Shown here in pieces: positions 9,665 to 21,216 of a stretch of 64,000 nucleotides of DNA (positions are counted from its first letter, which is position 1; the number at the start of each line of letters is the position of its first letter). A program made the translations under genes and the position numbers. A model generated the notes under the pieces. The model had not been told where the DNA came from, ran no database searches, and was given only the letters and a program-made list of their open reading frames with translations. The stretch spans positions 3,839-67,838 of the forward strand of contig JAUXNX010000014.1 in the NCBI GenBank assembly GCA_030682575.1, read 5' to 3'. Source of the DNA: Gammaproteobacteria bacterium. Lineage in GTDB: Bacteria > Pseudomonadota > Gammaproteobacteria > Pseudomonadales > Pseudohongiellaceae.

Positions 9665-10972
9665 ATGTACACGTCTGACAACAAGAAAAAGAATTGCGAA
9701 GACCTGTCGCTCCGAGAGCAAATGGCAAAAGCACTGAGTACTGCCACGCTGCTCAGTCTTCTGTTGCTGACCTCTCTGTCCGGGGGTGTGTTGCAGCACG
9801 CCCATGCCCAGTCGGATGCCAGTGCGCTCAACTGGGTTACCACATGGTCCGCCAGCCCCAGCTCGTTGCCACCGGGCATGTTACCGCCAGAGACGATTGC
9901 CGACGCATTCAGTGATCAAACCCTGCGTCTGATACTGCATACCAGCATCGGTGGTGACATGGTGCGGGTGCGTGTTTCCAATACGCACGGCAACAAGCGC
10001 CTGCATATTGGTGCCGCTACCATCGCGTTGCAGTCCGAGGGCAGTGGTATCGTTCCGGGTTCACTCACCCGTCTGACCTTCGGTGGCGAAGAGAGCATCA
10101 CCATCTCCCGCGGAGGTCTGGTGTTCAGTGATCCGGTGCCGTTCAACGTCCCGCAATTGAGCAATCTGAGCGTCAGCCTCTATCTGCCTGAGCCGAGCGG
10201 CACTGTCACCACGCATCTGGCGGCGGCACAGACCAACTATGTGGCAAGCGGCAACGCAACAGCCAATACAGAGCTGAGCGGCGCCGAAGAGATTGTTGTT
10301 TGGAACTACCTGACCGCCGTCGATGTAGGGCGCCGCGATGACATCACCGCCATCGTGACGCTTGGTGATTCGATTACCGATGGCGTGGGCTCCAATCGTG
10401 ATCTCAACAATCGCTGGCCGAACTACCTTGCCAGGCGTTTGCTCACCGACGACAATGCGCCCGATTTTGCGGTTGTGAATGCTGGCATCAGTGGCAATAG
10501 AGTTCTTCAGGAGAATTCCGCGCGCTTTGGCGAAAACCTGCAGGTGCGCTTCGAGCGCGATGTGCTGGCGCTCAGTGGAGTGAGTCATATTGTGCTGCTC
10601 GAGGGCATCAACGACATCGGTATGGGCAACATGTTTCCGGGTGAGCACGTTGCTCCGGAGGAGATCATTGCGGGTTATCGGCAGATCATCACTCGCGCTC
10701 ACGCCAAAGGACTGAAGATCATTGGTGCCACGTTAACTCCTTTTGAAGGCGCCGGGTATTACACCGAAGAAGGCGAACAGAAGCGGCAAGCTGTGAACGC
10801 GTGGATTCGCACGAGCGGCGAGTTCGACGGCGTGATTGATTTCGAGATACCCGCACGCGATCCGTCACATATCACACGACTGGTGCCGTCCTACACGTCA
10901 GACAATCTGCATCCGAACGACGAAGGCTACAAGGCGATGGCGGATGCGATCGATCTCGATCTGTTCAGATAA
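9665..10972 (+). CDS. Secreted SGNH/GDSL hydrolase
   Basis: 435 aa with a signal peptide. Block I is TLGDSITDG, block III GINDIG, block V DNLHPND. An alternative start is ATG 9722 (MAKALSTATLL...). Confidence 0.75.
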   Translation: MYTSDNKKKNCEDLSLREQMAKALSTATLLSLLLLTSLSGGVLQHAHAQSDASALNWVTTWSASPSSLPPGMLPPETIADAFSDQTLRLILHTSIGGDMVRVRVSNTHGNKRLHIGAATIALQSEGSGIVPGSLTRLTFGGEESITISRGGLVFSDPVPFNVPQLSNLSVSLYLPEPSGTVTTHLAAAQTNYVASGNATANTELSGAEEIVVWNYLTAVDVGRRDDITAIVTLGDSITDGVGSNRDLNNRWPNYLARRLLTDDNAPDFAVVNAGISGNRVLQENSARFGENLQVRFERDVLALSGVSHIVLLEGINDIGMGNMFPGEHVAPEEIIAGYRQIITRAHAKGLKIIGATLTPFEGAGYYTEEGEQKRQAVNAWIRTSGEFDGVIDFEIPARDPSHITRLVPSYTSDNLHPNDEGYKAMADAIDLDLFR

Positions 10973-10984
10973 TCAATGCGTACT

Positions 10985-11019
10985 TGATTCATCTGCAGGC
11001 ATTATCCGCAGATGAATCA
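10985..11019 (+). terminator. Hairpin after the SGNH hydrolase gene
   Basis: A 12-bp perfect stem, tgattcatctgc / gcagatgaatca, with an 11-nt loop, lies 13 nt after the stop. No T-tract follows, so terminator function is uncertain. Confidence 0.4.
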
Positions 11020-11053
11020 GGCGCAACTCAATGTATAAACTCCAAGGATTCAA

Positions 11054-12130
11054 ATGAAATACCAAGGCAGTCCCGATTTCACTCACCAGCAGGCTGACAA
11101 GATCGGTATCCTGATTACCAACCTCGGCACTCCCGATGCGCCAACACCCAAGGCGCTGCGCAAGTATCTCAAGGAATTTCTCAGTGATCCCCGCGTGGTG
11201 GAAGCACCACGTCTTATCTGGTGGTTTGCGCTCAATGGCGTGATCCTGAACATTCGTCCGCGTCGTTCCGCGAAGTCCTATGTCAAGGTATTCACGGAGC
11301 AGGGCTCGCCATTGCTGTTTCATACTCGGAATCAAGCACAGGCACTGCAGCAGCACTTCATTGCACACGGCCGTGACGATCTGCTCGTGGATTTTGCGAT
11401 GCGCTACGGCAGCCCCGCGCTTCCAGACGTGATGGAGTCGATGTTCAAGCGTGGTGTGCGCAAGCTGCTGGTGCTGCCGCTGTATCCGCAGTATTCCGGT
11501 TCTACAGCCGGGTCCACCTTCGATGCGATAAGTGCAGATTTCACCAGGCGGCGCTGGATTCCCGATTTTCGTTTCGTATCTCACTACCATGATTACGCCC
11601 CGTTCATTGCGGTAGCGGCGCAGCGCGTTGAGGCCCATTGGGCTGAGCATGGGCGTGCCGACAAACTGCTTTTCTCCTACCATGGTCTGCCACTGAGCTA
11701 CTTGCAGTCAGGTGATCCCTATCACTGCGAGTGCTACAAGACTTCGCGATTGATTGCGGAAAAACTTGGGCTGAACGAGAGTGAGTACATGACCACATTC
11801 CAGTCACGCTTCGGGCGTCAGGAATGGTTGAAGCCATACACCGACATGACGCTGAAAGCGTTTCCGGAACAGGGCGTGAAATCGGTGCAGGTGTTCTGCC
11901 CGGGTTTCTCTGCCGATTGTCTGGAGACCATTGAAGAGATCGCCGAAGAGAACAAGGAATATTTTCTGCACGCCGGTGGTGAGCGTTATGAATACATCAC
12001 GGCATTGAATGATCGGCCCGAGCATATCGAGGCGCTGGCCAGTCTTGTGCTGGATAATCTGCAGGGGTGGAGTGTGCGTGCGGATGCCGCGAGGGCGGGG
12101 CGCGCGAGTGCGCTTGGTGCGGGGTTGTAG
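11054..12130 (+). CDS. hemH: Ferrochelatase
   Basis: 358 aa. KIGILITNLGTPDAPT..ALRKYLKEFLSDPRVVE and a later ...YHGLP... pattern are classic HemH. Confidence 0.9.
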   Translation: MKYQGSPDFTHQQADKIGILITNLGTPDAPTPKALRKYLKEFLSDPRVVEAPRLIWWFALNGVILNIRPRRSAKSYVKVFTEQGSPLLFHTRNQAQALQQHFIAHGRDDLLVDFAMRYGSPALPDVMESMFKRGVRKLLVLPLYPQYSGSTAGSTFDAISADFTRRRWIPDFRFVSHYHDYAPFIAVAAQRVEAHWAEHGRADKLLFSYHGLPLSYLQSGDPYHCECYKTSRLIAEKLGLNESEYMTTFQSRFGRQEWLKPYTDMTLKAFPEQGVKSVQVFCPGFSADCLETIEEIAEENKEYFLHAGGERYEYITALNDRPEHIEALASLVLDNLQGWSVRADAARAGRASALGAGL

Positions 12131-12158
12131 CGGGTTTTCGCTGACGGGTCAGGGGGCT

Positions 12159-12216
12159 GTTCGCCTGCGAGCAGGCTCCTACATAGTGCCCTGTAGGAGC
12201 CTGCTCGCAGGCGAAC
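12159..12216. repeat. REP-like perfect 25-bp inverted repeat between convergent hemH and tolC
   Basis: gttcgcctgcgagcaggctcctaca (12159-12183), an 8-nt loop, then tgtaggagcctgctcgcaggcgaac (12192-12216). I checked the arms base by base as exact reverse complements. The motif tgtRggagc...gcgaa resembles pseudomonad REP elements. Confidence 0.8.
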
Positions 12217-12231
12217 GCTGGCCTCTACCGG

Positions 12232-13584
12232 CTACGGCGCCGCAGTCGCCGGCTGTTCTTCCAACCACTGATTCAGATCGATGATGTCCTGGGGGGTCAG
12301 AAGACCCGTGATCTGTTTGAGAAGCAATGTATCTATCACATAATTGTATTTCGCATCGGAATAATTTCGCAGGGCGATGAACAGCTGCTGTCTTGCCTGC
12401 AATACGTCCACAATGTTGCGCGTGCCTACTTCATATCCCACTTCAATCGCGTCCAGTGCACTTTGCGCAGAAGTGATTGCCTGCTGACGCTGGGAAATGA
12501 CCAGTGCATCGGTGTTCACTCTGCGGAATGCATTACGTACGTCCTGTGTCGTCTGTCTGCGCGTGAGGCTCAGAGCCTCTTGCTGTGCGACTACGTCATA
12601 CTCCGCAGCGCGACGTCTGGCCTGCACGCCTCCACCGCTGTACAGAGGAACGTTGATGGTCAGGGCCAGTGATGTGCCGTCGATGGCACCGGCGAAACGT
12701 TGCGAGCCGTCCGCTGACTGACTTCCTGCTGTCACGTTGTGGTTGAACCCGGCTTGAAGAGCAATAGTAGGGAGGTGATCGGCCTTGCGAGCCTTCAGGT
12801 TGAAACGCTGGGCTTCGAGATTGTAGCGTGCTGCTGCAAGCGCCAGATTGCTGTCCATAGCCTGCGCAGTCCATGACTCCACAGTGCCGTCAGCATTTAC
12901 AATCGGAAAGTCTTCACGCAACACTTCCAGATTCGGATGTGGTTGGCCAGTAATGGCCTCAAGCGCTTCATAGCCACTCGCCAGAGCGTCTTCCGCCAGA
13001 ATCGTGTTGTTGCGTGCCAGATCATACGCGGCCTGACTTTCGTAGACCTCCGTGATTGCGATCAGGCCAACTTCCTCGCGCTGCCGCGTCTGCTCGAACT
13101 GACGCTGGGCGGCCTCCTCCTCCTGACGGCGTGTCGTCAGATTGTCGATGGCACTCAGGACATCGAAATAGGCTGTCGCTACACGGATAATCAGGTTCTG
13201 TTCTTGCGCCGCGAAACTGATGGCGCCAGCCTGGTCAGACTGTTTGGCGCTTTGGTAGGCGTACCAGGCAGACAAGTTGAAGACAGCCTGGCTCAGACTC
13301 AGTCGATAACCGTGGGAGTTCTGACCCGGGCGGAAACTCATCTCACCGGGGATTCCAGATGTTTGGCGAGTGGTATTACCTGAAAGCGCTACGCTGGGTA
13401 GCAGCGCCGCACGCCCCTGATCAAGCTGTGTGTGGCGTGACATATATTGTGCTTCGGCCTGACGCAGCGTGGGGTCGTTGTTCATGGCCAGTTCGAGGAT
13501 TGATAGTAGATCGTCAGCCAGCGCGGGCGCCGAGCCGACAGAGAGACAAACCAGAAGCCCGAGGCGTTGAGTAAATCGTCCCAT
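12232..13584 (-). CDS. tolC: TolC-family outer-membrane efflux channel
   Basis: ORF 12232..13701. The likely start is ATG 13584 (MGRFTQRLGLLVCLSVGSAPALADDLLSI...), which gives a signal peptide. It has the two-repeat OMF architecture and TolC-like N-terminal motif LL.....A...DP.LRQA. Confidence 0.85.
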   Translation of the reverse strand: MGRFTQRLGLLVCLSVGSAPALADDLLSILELAMNNDPTLRQAEAQYMSRHTQLDQGRAALLPSVALSGNTTRQTSGIPGEMSFRPGQNSHGYRLSLSQAVFNLSAWYAYQSAKQSDQAGAISFAAQEQNLIIRVATAYFDVLSAIDNLTTRRQEEEAAQRQFEQTRQREEVGLIAITEVYESQAAYDLARNNTILAEDALASGYEALEAITGQPHPNLEVLREDFPIVNADGTVESWTAQAMDSNLALAAARYNLEAQRFNLKARKADHLPTIALQAGFNHNVTAGSQSADGSQRFAGAIDGTSLALTINVPLYSGGGVQARRRAAEYDVVAQQEALSLTRRQTTQDVRNAFRRVNTDALVISQRQQAITSAQSALDAIEVGYEVGTRNIVDVLQARQQLFIALRNYSDAKYNYVIDTLLLKQITGLLTPQDIIDLNQWLEEQPATAAP

Positions 13585-14009
13585 AGTGAATAACCTTATA
13601 TTGGTAGAAACTTTTGTTAAAACCTTCTGAGGATGTGAATTGCGGTCGTCTTGACGAAAAAGCAGTTCCCCGCGCTGGCGCCACTGGAAAAGAGCCCTCA
13701 ACGTGATTTCTCGGCTAGCGGCATTCTACACAGTGTCACTATAGGTGACAAACCAGCGAGCCAACTAAATAGCCCGGCTTTTCAGCCTGTGCCCTCGAGT
13801 TTTCCCGACTCCGCTTTGTACGAATGGAAACCCGATTTCGGTTGCCCGGAGTCCAAATCACTCGTCCTTGTGGTCCGACCGCTCTGTGACAAGGGAAGCC
13901 GGATTGAGGCATAATGCAGCCCGGTACAAAAGACACCCAGAGCAGCCAAGGCGCCCGGAAACCTTGTTGCAAGCCATCAGACCTGCCCGGTCGCAAGATT
14001 AAAGGATAG

Positions 14010-15896
<1,887 letters not shown>

Positions 15897-15930
15897 AACA
15901 CAGAAAATAGAATTCAGGAAGAGAAGATAA

Positions 15931-17010
15931 ATGTCCAACCCACGCATAGACGACACCAACATCGCTTCCATCGAAGCGCTGATCACCCCGGAAAAGCTCA
16001 AACAGGAACTGCCTCTTGAAGGCGCTGCACTCGAATCCGTGCGCACCGCCAGGCAGACCATCTTCAACATCCTGGATCGCAAGGATCATCGCCTGTTCAT
16101 GGTGGTTGGCCCCTGTTCGATTCACGATGTCGATGCGGCCATGGAATATGCGCATCGTCTGAAGAGGCTCGCAGCCGAAGTGCAGGACACCCTGTATCTG
16201 GTGATGCGCGTCTACTTCGAGAAGCCACGCACGTCTATAGGCTGGAAAGGCCTGATCAACGACCCGCACATGGATGACTCGTTCAAGATTGAGGAGGGGC
16301 TGCGCAAGGGCCGCAAACTGCTGCTGGATATCGCCGGTCTTGGGCTGCCGACCTCGACTGAGGCGCTGGATCCGATTTCTCCTCAGTACCTGCAGGATAT
16401 CATTGCCTGGTCCGCCATCGGCGCACGAACCACCGAGTCGCAGACGCACCGCGAAATGTCGAGCGGCCTGTCCTCGCCTGTTGGTTTCAAGAACGGTACC
16501 GATGGCGGCCTGACCGTGGCGATCAATGCGATGCAGTCCGTCAGCAGCCCGCACCGATTCCTCGGTATCAACAGTCAGGGACAGGTGTCTGTCGTGACGA
16601 CCAAAGGCAATCCCTACGCGCATGTCGTACTGCGTGGTGGCAGTTCAGGACCCAACTACGATTCCGTGCATGTGGCTCAGTGCGAGGCGGCTCTGAAGAA
16701 GGGCAAAGTCAGTAGCAACATCATGATCGATTGCAGCCACGCCAACTCCAACAAGGACCCGGCGGTGCAGTCGCTGGTCCTCAAGGACGTGACGCATCAG
16801 ATTCTGGAAGGCAACCAGTCGATCATCGGTGTGATGATCGAGAGTAATCTGAATTTCGGCAATCAGAGTATTCCGAAAGATCTGTCACAGCTCAAATATG
16901 GTGTGTCGGTGACGGATGCCTGTATTGCCTGGGATGAGACTGACAGAAGTGTTCGGGAGATGGCGGCCAAGCTGCGGACGGTGTTGCCCGGGCGCACTGC
17001 ACCGGTTTAG
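15931..17010 (+). CDS. aroG: 3-deoxy-7-phosphoheptulonate (DAHP) synthase, class I
   Basis: 359 aa. DHRLFMVVGPCSIHD, KPRTSIGWKGLINDP and IMIDCSHANS are present. The isozyme (Phe/Tyr/Trp-sensitive) cannot be told from the sequence by eye, so the symbol is generic. Confidence 0.85.
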   Translation: MSNPRIDDTNIASIEALITPEKLKQELPLEGAALESVRTARQTIFNILDRKDHRLFMVVGPCSIHDVDAAMEYAHRLKRLAAEVQDTLYLVMRVYFEKPRTSIGWKGLINDPHMDDSFKIEEGLRKGRKLLLDIAGLGLPTSTEALDPISPQYLQDIIAWSAIGARTTESQTHREMSSGLSSPVGFKNGTDGGLTVAINAMQSVSSPHRFLGINSQGQVSVVTTKGNPYAHVVLRGGSSGPNYDSVHVAQCEAALKKGKVSSNIMIDCSHANSNKDPAVQSLVLKDVTHQILEGNQSIIGVMIESNLNFGNQSIPKDLSQLKYGVSVTDACIAWDETDRSVREMAAKLRTVLPGRTAPV

Positions 17011-17134
17011 AAGGAGCGTATCCGTGCGGGGGGGGCGCGAATGGGTTCAAGCTCAATCAATTGCGAGTATGGCTCGCCCCCACGAGTATGGCATTGGTTT
17101 ATGTGAGAGGGGCCGCCTGCAAACGCCGCTGGCA

Positions 17135-17160
17135 ATTCGCTGGCAGGGCCCGCTCCCACA
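17135..17160. repeat. Single REP-like half-site related to the 12159..12216 element
   Basis: The reverse strand reads tgtgggagcgggccctgccagcgaat. It shares the tgtRggagc 5' end and gcgaa 3' end with the arms at 12192..12216. The middle differs. Confidence 0.35.
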
Positions 17161-17172
17161 TAATGCTGTGAT

Positions 17173-17206
17173 CAAACAGGTTCGTCGCTTACGGCGAACC
17201 TGTTTG
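17173..17206. terminator. Bidirectional terminator-like hairpin between DAHP synthase and GST genes
   Basis: A 15-bp stem caaacaggttcgtcg / cggcgaacctgtttg (one G-T pair) with a 4-nt loop ctta. It ends 6 nt from the GST stop codon. Confidence 0.55.
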
Positions 17207-17211
17207 GATAA

Positions 17212-17871
17212 TTACATGTAGCTCACATTGCTCTTGGCCACCGACTCCTCTTCTGCACGGCCCTGTTCAATCCACGTCTGTACGTGCGGGTTGGCGAGCA
17301 AAGTGTTGGCGTAACGTTGAGCCTCCTGGCTCAGCGTGGCGCCGTAGGACTGAAAGCAGACTGCCATAGGTGCATACATGGCATCGGCGATGGAGAAGCG
17401 ACCAAACAGGTAGTCTCCCCCTGCGCCGTGCTTGCGACGGCAGCAGCTCCAGATGGCGTCAATGCGGGCAATCTCGTCAGCCAACTTGTCGGACACGAAC
17501 AGATTCACCGAGGCCTTGCAGTTCATCGGCCAGTCTTTTTTGAGGTTCGGAAACTCGGAATGGATTTCTGCACAGACTGAGCGAGCACTGGCGCGCTTTT
17601 TCGGGTTGGCAGGCCAGCCACGACCTTCCAGCAGCTGTTCGGAAATGTATTCAGCAATGGCGAGGGAATCCCATACAGTAGTCTCGTTATGCAGCAACGC
17701 AGGCACTTTCAATGACGGGGAATATGGTCCAAGTTTCTCGGCAGTATTCTTCTGGTACAGGGCAATGTTCACCTCATCGAAGGAGATCCCAAATTCCTTG
17801 AGCAACAACCAGGGGCGCATGGACCAGGAGGAATAGTTCTTGTTGCCGATGATCAGTTTTATTTGACTCAT
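17212..17871 (-). CDS. Glutathione S-transferase family protein
   Basis: 219 aa. MSQIKLIIGNKNYSSWSMRPWLLL...VPALL...WDSLAIAEYI matches the signature of 3113..3796. Confidence 0.75.
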   Translation of the reverse strand: MSQIKLIIGNKNYSSWSMRPWLLLKEFGISFDEVNIALYQKNTAEKLGPYSPSLKVPALLHNETTVWDSLAIAEYISEQLLEGRGWPANPKKRASARSVCAEIHSEFPNLKKDWPMNCKASVNLFVSDKLADEIARIDAIWSCCRRKHGAGGDYLFGRFSIADAMYAPMAVCFQSYGATLSQEAQRYANTLLANPHVQTWIEQGRAEEESVAKSNVSYM

Positions 17872-18252
17872 TTAAAACACTCCACTGAAAGTCCGCGATG
17901 CCGTCGCTACCGGAGGAGAAAGTTGGAACCGATTTCTGACTACTGCGATTATCCTTCACCAGCATTTAGTGGGTTATTTTTTGATAAAGTTCCGAGCGAA
18001 CACAACGAATCTGAATACTCACTGAACATAGTCCATTGGTAGCGATTAAACACGGTGTTTATTGCGCCCGAAAGCAACAATACGGGCATTACACTGACTG
18101 AATATGGCAGAAAAATGGCGGGGCATTTAGGGTGATTCGCGGCTTGACCCAATGCTCACTATTACACCGTAAATACTGTATAGTTGACGTGAAAGTGCTC
18201 GGTAAATGCGGCATCTGCATGGGTTTCGGGTAGTTTCGCTGAATGAGGTGGA

Positions 18253-18978
18253 ATGGTGTATATGGCGAGAAGAATTGCGATTGTGGAAGATGAGGCGGCC
18301 ATCCGAGAAAACTATGCGGATGTACTGCGCAAGCAAGGCTACGAAGTACAGACCTATGCCAACAGAAAGGATGCCATGCGCTCCTTTGATCTGAGACTGC
18401 CTAATCTGGCGATTATCGACATTGGCCTGGAAAATGAGATTGATGGCGGTTTCACCTTGTGCCAATCGCTGCGCTCCATGTCGGACACTTTACCGATCAT
18501 TTTCCTGACAGCCAGGGACAACGATTTCGATACCGTGAGTGGCCTGCGCATGGGTGCGGATGATTACTTGACCAAAGACATCAGTCTGCCTCACCTTTCG
18601 GCACGCATTGCGGCCTTGTTCAGGCGGCTCGATGTGCTGGATCAGCCGACCTCTCCAGAAAACCTGTTGCAGCGTGACAAACTCACACTGGACATCGGAC
18701 GTCTGACTATCCAGTGGGACAACATCCCGGTGCCGTTGACCGTCACGGAATTCTGGATGGTGCACGCATTGGTGAAATTTCCCGGTCACGTCAAGAGCAG
18801 GCAGGTTCTGATGCAGGAATCCAAGATATTTGTGGATGGCAGCACCATCACTTCTCATGTAAAGAGAATCCGCAAGAAGTTCATCCAGGTGGACGACGAC
18901 TTCGATTGCATTGAGACTGTCTACGGCATGGGGTATCGCTGGAATACCCAGAATACGTCCGGTAGCAGTGACTCATAA
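18253..18978 (+). CDS. OmpR-family response regulator
   Basis: 241 aa. The receiver has IAIVEDE, acceptor AIIDIGL, FLTARD and LTKD. The C-terminal winged-helix has ...TVTEFWMVHAL......R..L........VTSHVKRIRKKF...IETVYGMGYRW. An alternative start is ATG 18262. Confidence 0.85.
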   Translation: MVYMARRIAIVEDEAAIRENYADVLRKQGYEVQTYANRKDAMRSFDLRLPNLAIIDIGLENEIDGGFTLCQSLRSMSDTLPIIFLTARDNDFDTVSGLRMGADDYLTKDISLPHLSARIAALFRRLDVLDQPTSPENLLQRDKLTLDIGRLTIQWDNIPVPLTVTEFWMVHALVKFPGHVKSRQVLMQESKIFVDGSTITSHVKRIRKKFIQVDDDFDCIETVYGMGYRWNTQNTSGSSDS

Positions 18979-19005
18979 CAACAGGATTCATAACAGCGAC
19001 ACATA

Positions 19006-21204
19006 ATGTCCCGTTTCCTCAAAAACCCGTTCGGTATCCGGTTCAAGCTGGTATTTCTCTCCAGCTTCCTGCTGGTCATCCCTTGGCTGGGCTATCAGTA
19101 CATTCTTGAAATGGAAGAGTATCTGCGCCGAGGGCAGGAGCAGACGGTGCTGGGCACGGCTCGGGCACTGGCCACGGCGCTGAACGAGAGGCCCGAGCTG
19201 TTCGACGAGGGCAGTTACGGCCCGGCCCGTCAGAGCGACGATCTTTACGTCTATCCGATATTCTATCCACTGGCCCTGGACGACAACACGCTTGTGGACT
19301 GGCAGGACTATCAGCGCTATGAGTTGTCCTACGGCAAGAACGACACAATTGGCACGTTGCTGAACCCGCGCAGTCCTTTTGCCCGCTACTACCACTACGA
19401 TAACTCCCTGAACTTCAAGCTGCTGGTAGGCGAGTACAACCGCTCCCTGTATGCCTACCTGAAGGTGACCGACGATGTCGTGGTGTACCGCAGTCAGGAG
19501 AGTCTCAGTATCCACCGTAATGACTTCCTGCAAATCTCGTTGGTGACGCAGGAGGGCGAGCTCAAGCGCTATGTGATCTCCCCCCGGGGTCCGGAATTCA
19601 TCTATGCATACGAGGTGGGGAACGACCTGCGTGATCTCTCCTCCCTGTCTCACGAGGATCGTATCAGCGGTCAGTGGTACGAGGTGCCGGGAGGATATGA
19701 GGTGGAGTTGCGCTTACCGCTGACCATGCTCGGTGACCAACTCGGGTTTGCTATCTATGATGTGGACGATGAGGCTGGCAGGGGTGTGTCGTCTGTTGTT
19801 GCTACGTCAGATGTCAATGATCGAGAGCGCCTGGGCTCTTTGCGTAGACCTACTCCAGAGATTGACCGCATAGTGGAAGGCATGGGCCACACCAATTCCC
19901 GCATTCAAGTGGTTGATCGTGCGGGACGGATTCTGCTCAGCGTTGGCGATATACAGTCTGCCACGGGGCTGGTTCTGAGTGAGCCACCCTATCAGGAGCG
20001 CATTAACAAGTACTGGGTATTCATTGAGGACAATGTTCTGCATCCACTTTATTACAGGCTGCTCACCAAACCCTCCAACGACTTCATCGATGAACTCTAT
20101 GTCGGGGGTACTGTGGAGGGACAGCACATCGCCTCCGCACTCGGTGGCGAGCCGCAGACTCAGTTCCGCACCCTGGACGATACGCAAACGCGGATTCTGG
20201 AAGCGGCGCATCCCATTCTTGCTGATGGCGAAGTCTTGGGGGCCGTGATTGTCGATCAAAACATGAACGGCATTCGTACCTTCCGTAATCAGGCGCTGGA
20301 AACCCTCTTCAATACCATTCTCGGGGTAATGGTGATTATTTCGTTCGGGCTTTTTGCATTTGCGTCGCGCATCTCGGCCCGTATCCGAGATTTGCGTAAC
20401 CAGGCAGAAAACATCATCGATGATAATGGTCGTCTGCAAAATACTATTGTTGCGAGTCGCAGCTCGGATGAAATCGGCGATCTCTCGCGTAGCTTTTCCA
20501 GTATTGTGGAACGCCTTGGCCAATACACGAATTATCTGGAGAACATGTCATCGCGTCTTTCTCATGAGTTGCGTACACCGGTGACTGTGGTGCGTTCATC
20601 TCTGGAGAATCTGGGGTTGGTCTCTCAGGGTAAGGAATCGGAGATATACATTCAGCGAGCAGAAGAAGGCATCAACCGCCTCAACCTGATCCTCACCAAC
20701 ATGAGTGAAGCAACCCGCTTGGAGCAAATGCTGCAAACTTCAGAAAAGGAGCGTATTGATCTCGCCAAGGTCATTAATGGTTGTGTGGAAGGTTATCGAC
20801 TGGCCTATCCTGATTTTGAACTGACTGCCGACATTGATGGGCCTGTAATGATCGAAGGGGTTCCGGAATATATCGCACAGTTGATGGACAAGTTGATTGC
20901 CAATGCAGTGGAGTTTTCTTACGAAGGAAAACCCATTTCCATATTCTGCAGGGCGATACGAGATCAGGCGGTCGTGAGGGTATCCAACTATGGGCCGTTC
21001 CTGCCTGAAGAAATGAAGGGTAGGCTGTTCGATTCAATGATCTCGGTGCGTCCACAGGAAAAGCAGAAGCAACCGCATCTGGGTATCGGATTGCACATCG
21101 CACGCCTGGTGACAGAATTCCATCACGGTCAGATCAGAGCAGAGAATCTGCGCGATGCCGAGGGTGTCGCGATCACCCTGGCGATTCCTTTGCTCGACGT
21201 ATGA
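19006..21204 (+). CDS. Sensor histidine kinase with large periplasmic domain and HAMP
   Basis: 732 aa. It has TM1 near the N-terminus, an extracytoplasmic region of about 400 aa, TM2 and a HAMP (DEIGDLSRSF). The H-box is LSHELRTPVTVV, the N-box LIANAVEF, and the G-box is GIGLHIA. Confidence 0.85.
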   Translation: MSRFLKNPFGIRFKLVFLSSFLLVIPWLGYQYILEMEEYLRRGQEQTVLGTARALATALNERPELFDEGSYGPARQSDDLYVYPIFYPLALDDNTLVDWQDYQRYELSYGKNDTIGTLLNPRSPFARYYHYDNSLNFKLLVGEYNRSLYAYLKVTDDVVVYRSQESLSIHRNDFLQISLVTQEGELKRYVISPRGPEFIYAYEVGNDLRDLSSLSHEDRISGQWYEVPGGYEVELRLPLTMLGDQLGFAIYDVDDEAGRGVSSVVATSDVNDRERLGSLRRPTPEIDRIVEGMGHTNSRIQVVDRAGRILLSVGDIQSATGLVLSEPPYQERINKYWVFIEDNVLHPLYYRLLTKPSNDFIDELYVGGTVEGQHIASALGGEPQTQFRTLDDTQTRILEAAHPILADGEVLGAVIVDQNMNGIRTFRNQALETLFNTILGVMVIISFGLFAFASRISARIRDLRNQAENIIDDNGRLQNTIVASRSSDEIGDLSRSFSSIVERLGQYTNYLENMSSRLSHELRTPVTVVRSSLENLGLVSQGKESEIYIQRAEEGINRLNLILTNMSEATRLEQMLQTSEKERIDLAKVINGCVEGYRLAYPDFELTADIDGPVMIEGVPEYIAQLMDKLIANAVEFSYEGKPISIFCRAIRDQAVVRVSNYGPFLPEEMKGRLFDSMISVRPQEKQKQPHLGIGLHIARLVTEFHHGQIRAENLRDAEGVAITLAIPLLDV

Positions 21205-21216
21205 TTCTGTTCGCGA

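Noticed and set aside
13666-13714. TPP-riboswitch-like fragments on the minus strand upstream of tolC (CCGAGAAAUCAC and GCCAGCGCGGGGAA).
   Set aside because: They are on the wrong strand for thiC. CUGAGA is imperfect. The P5 hairpin (CUGG...CCAG) is absent, and the required P2/P4 pairings cannot be drawn. I judge this a chance resemblance.
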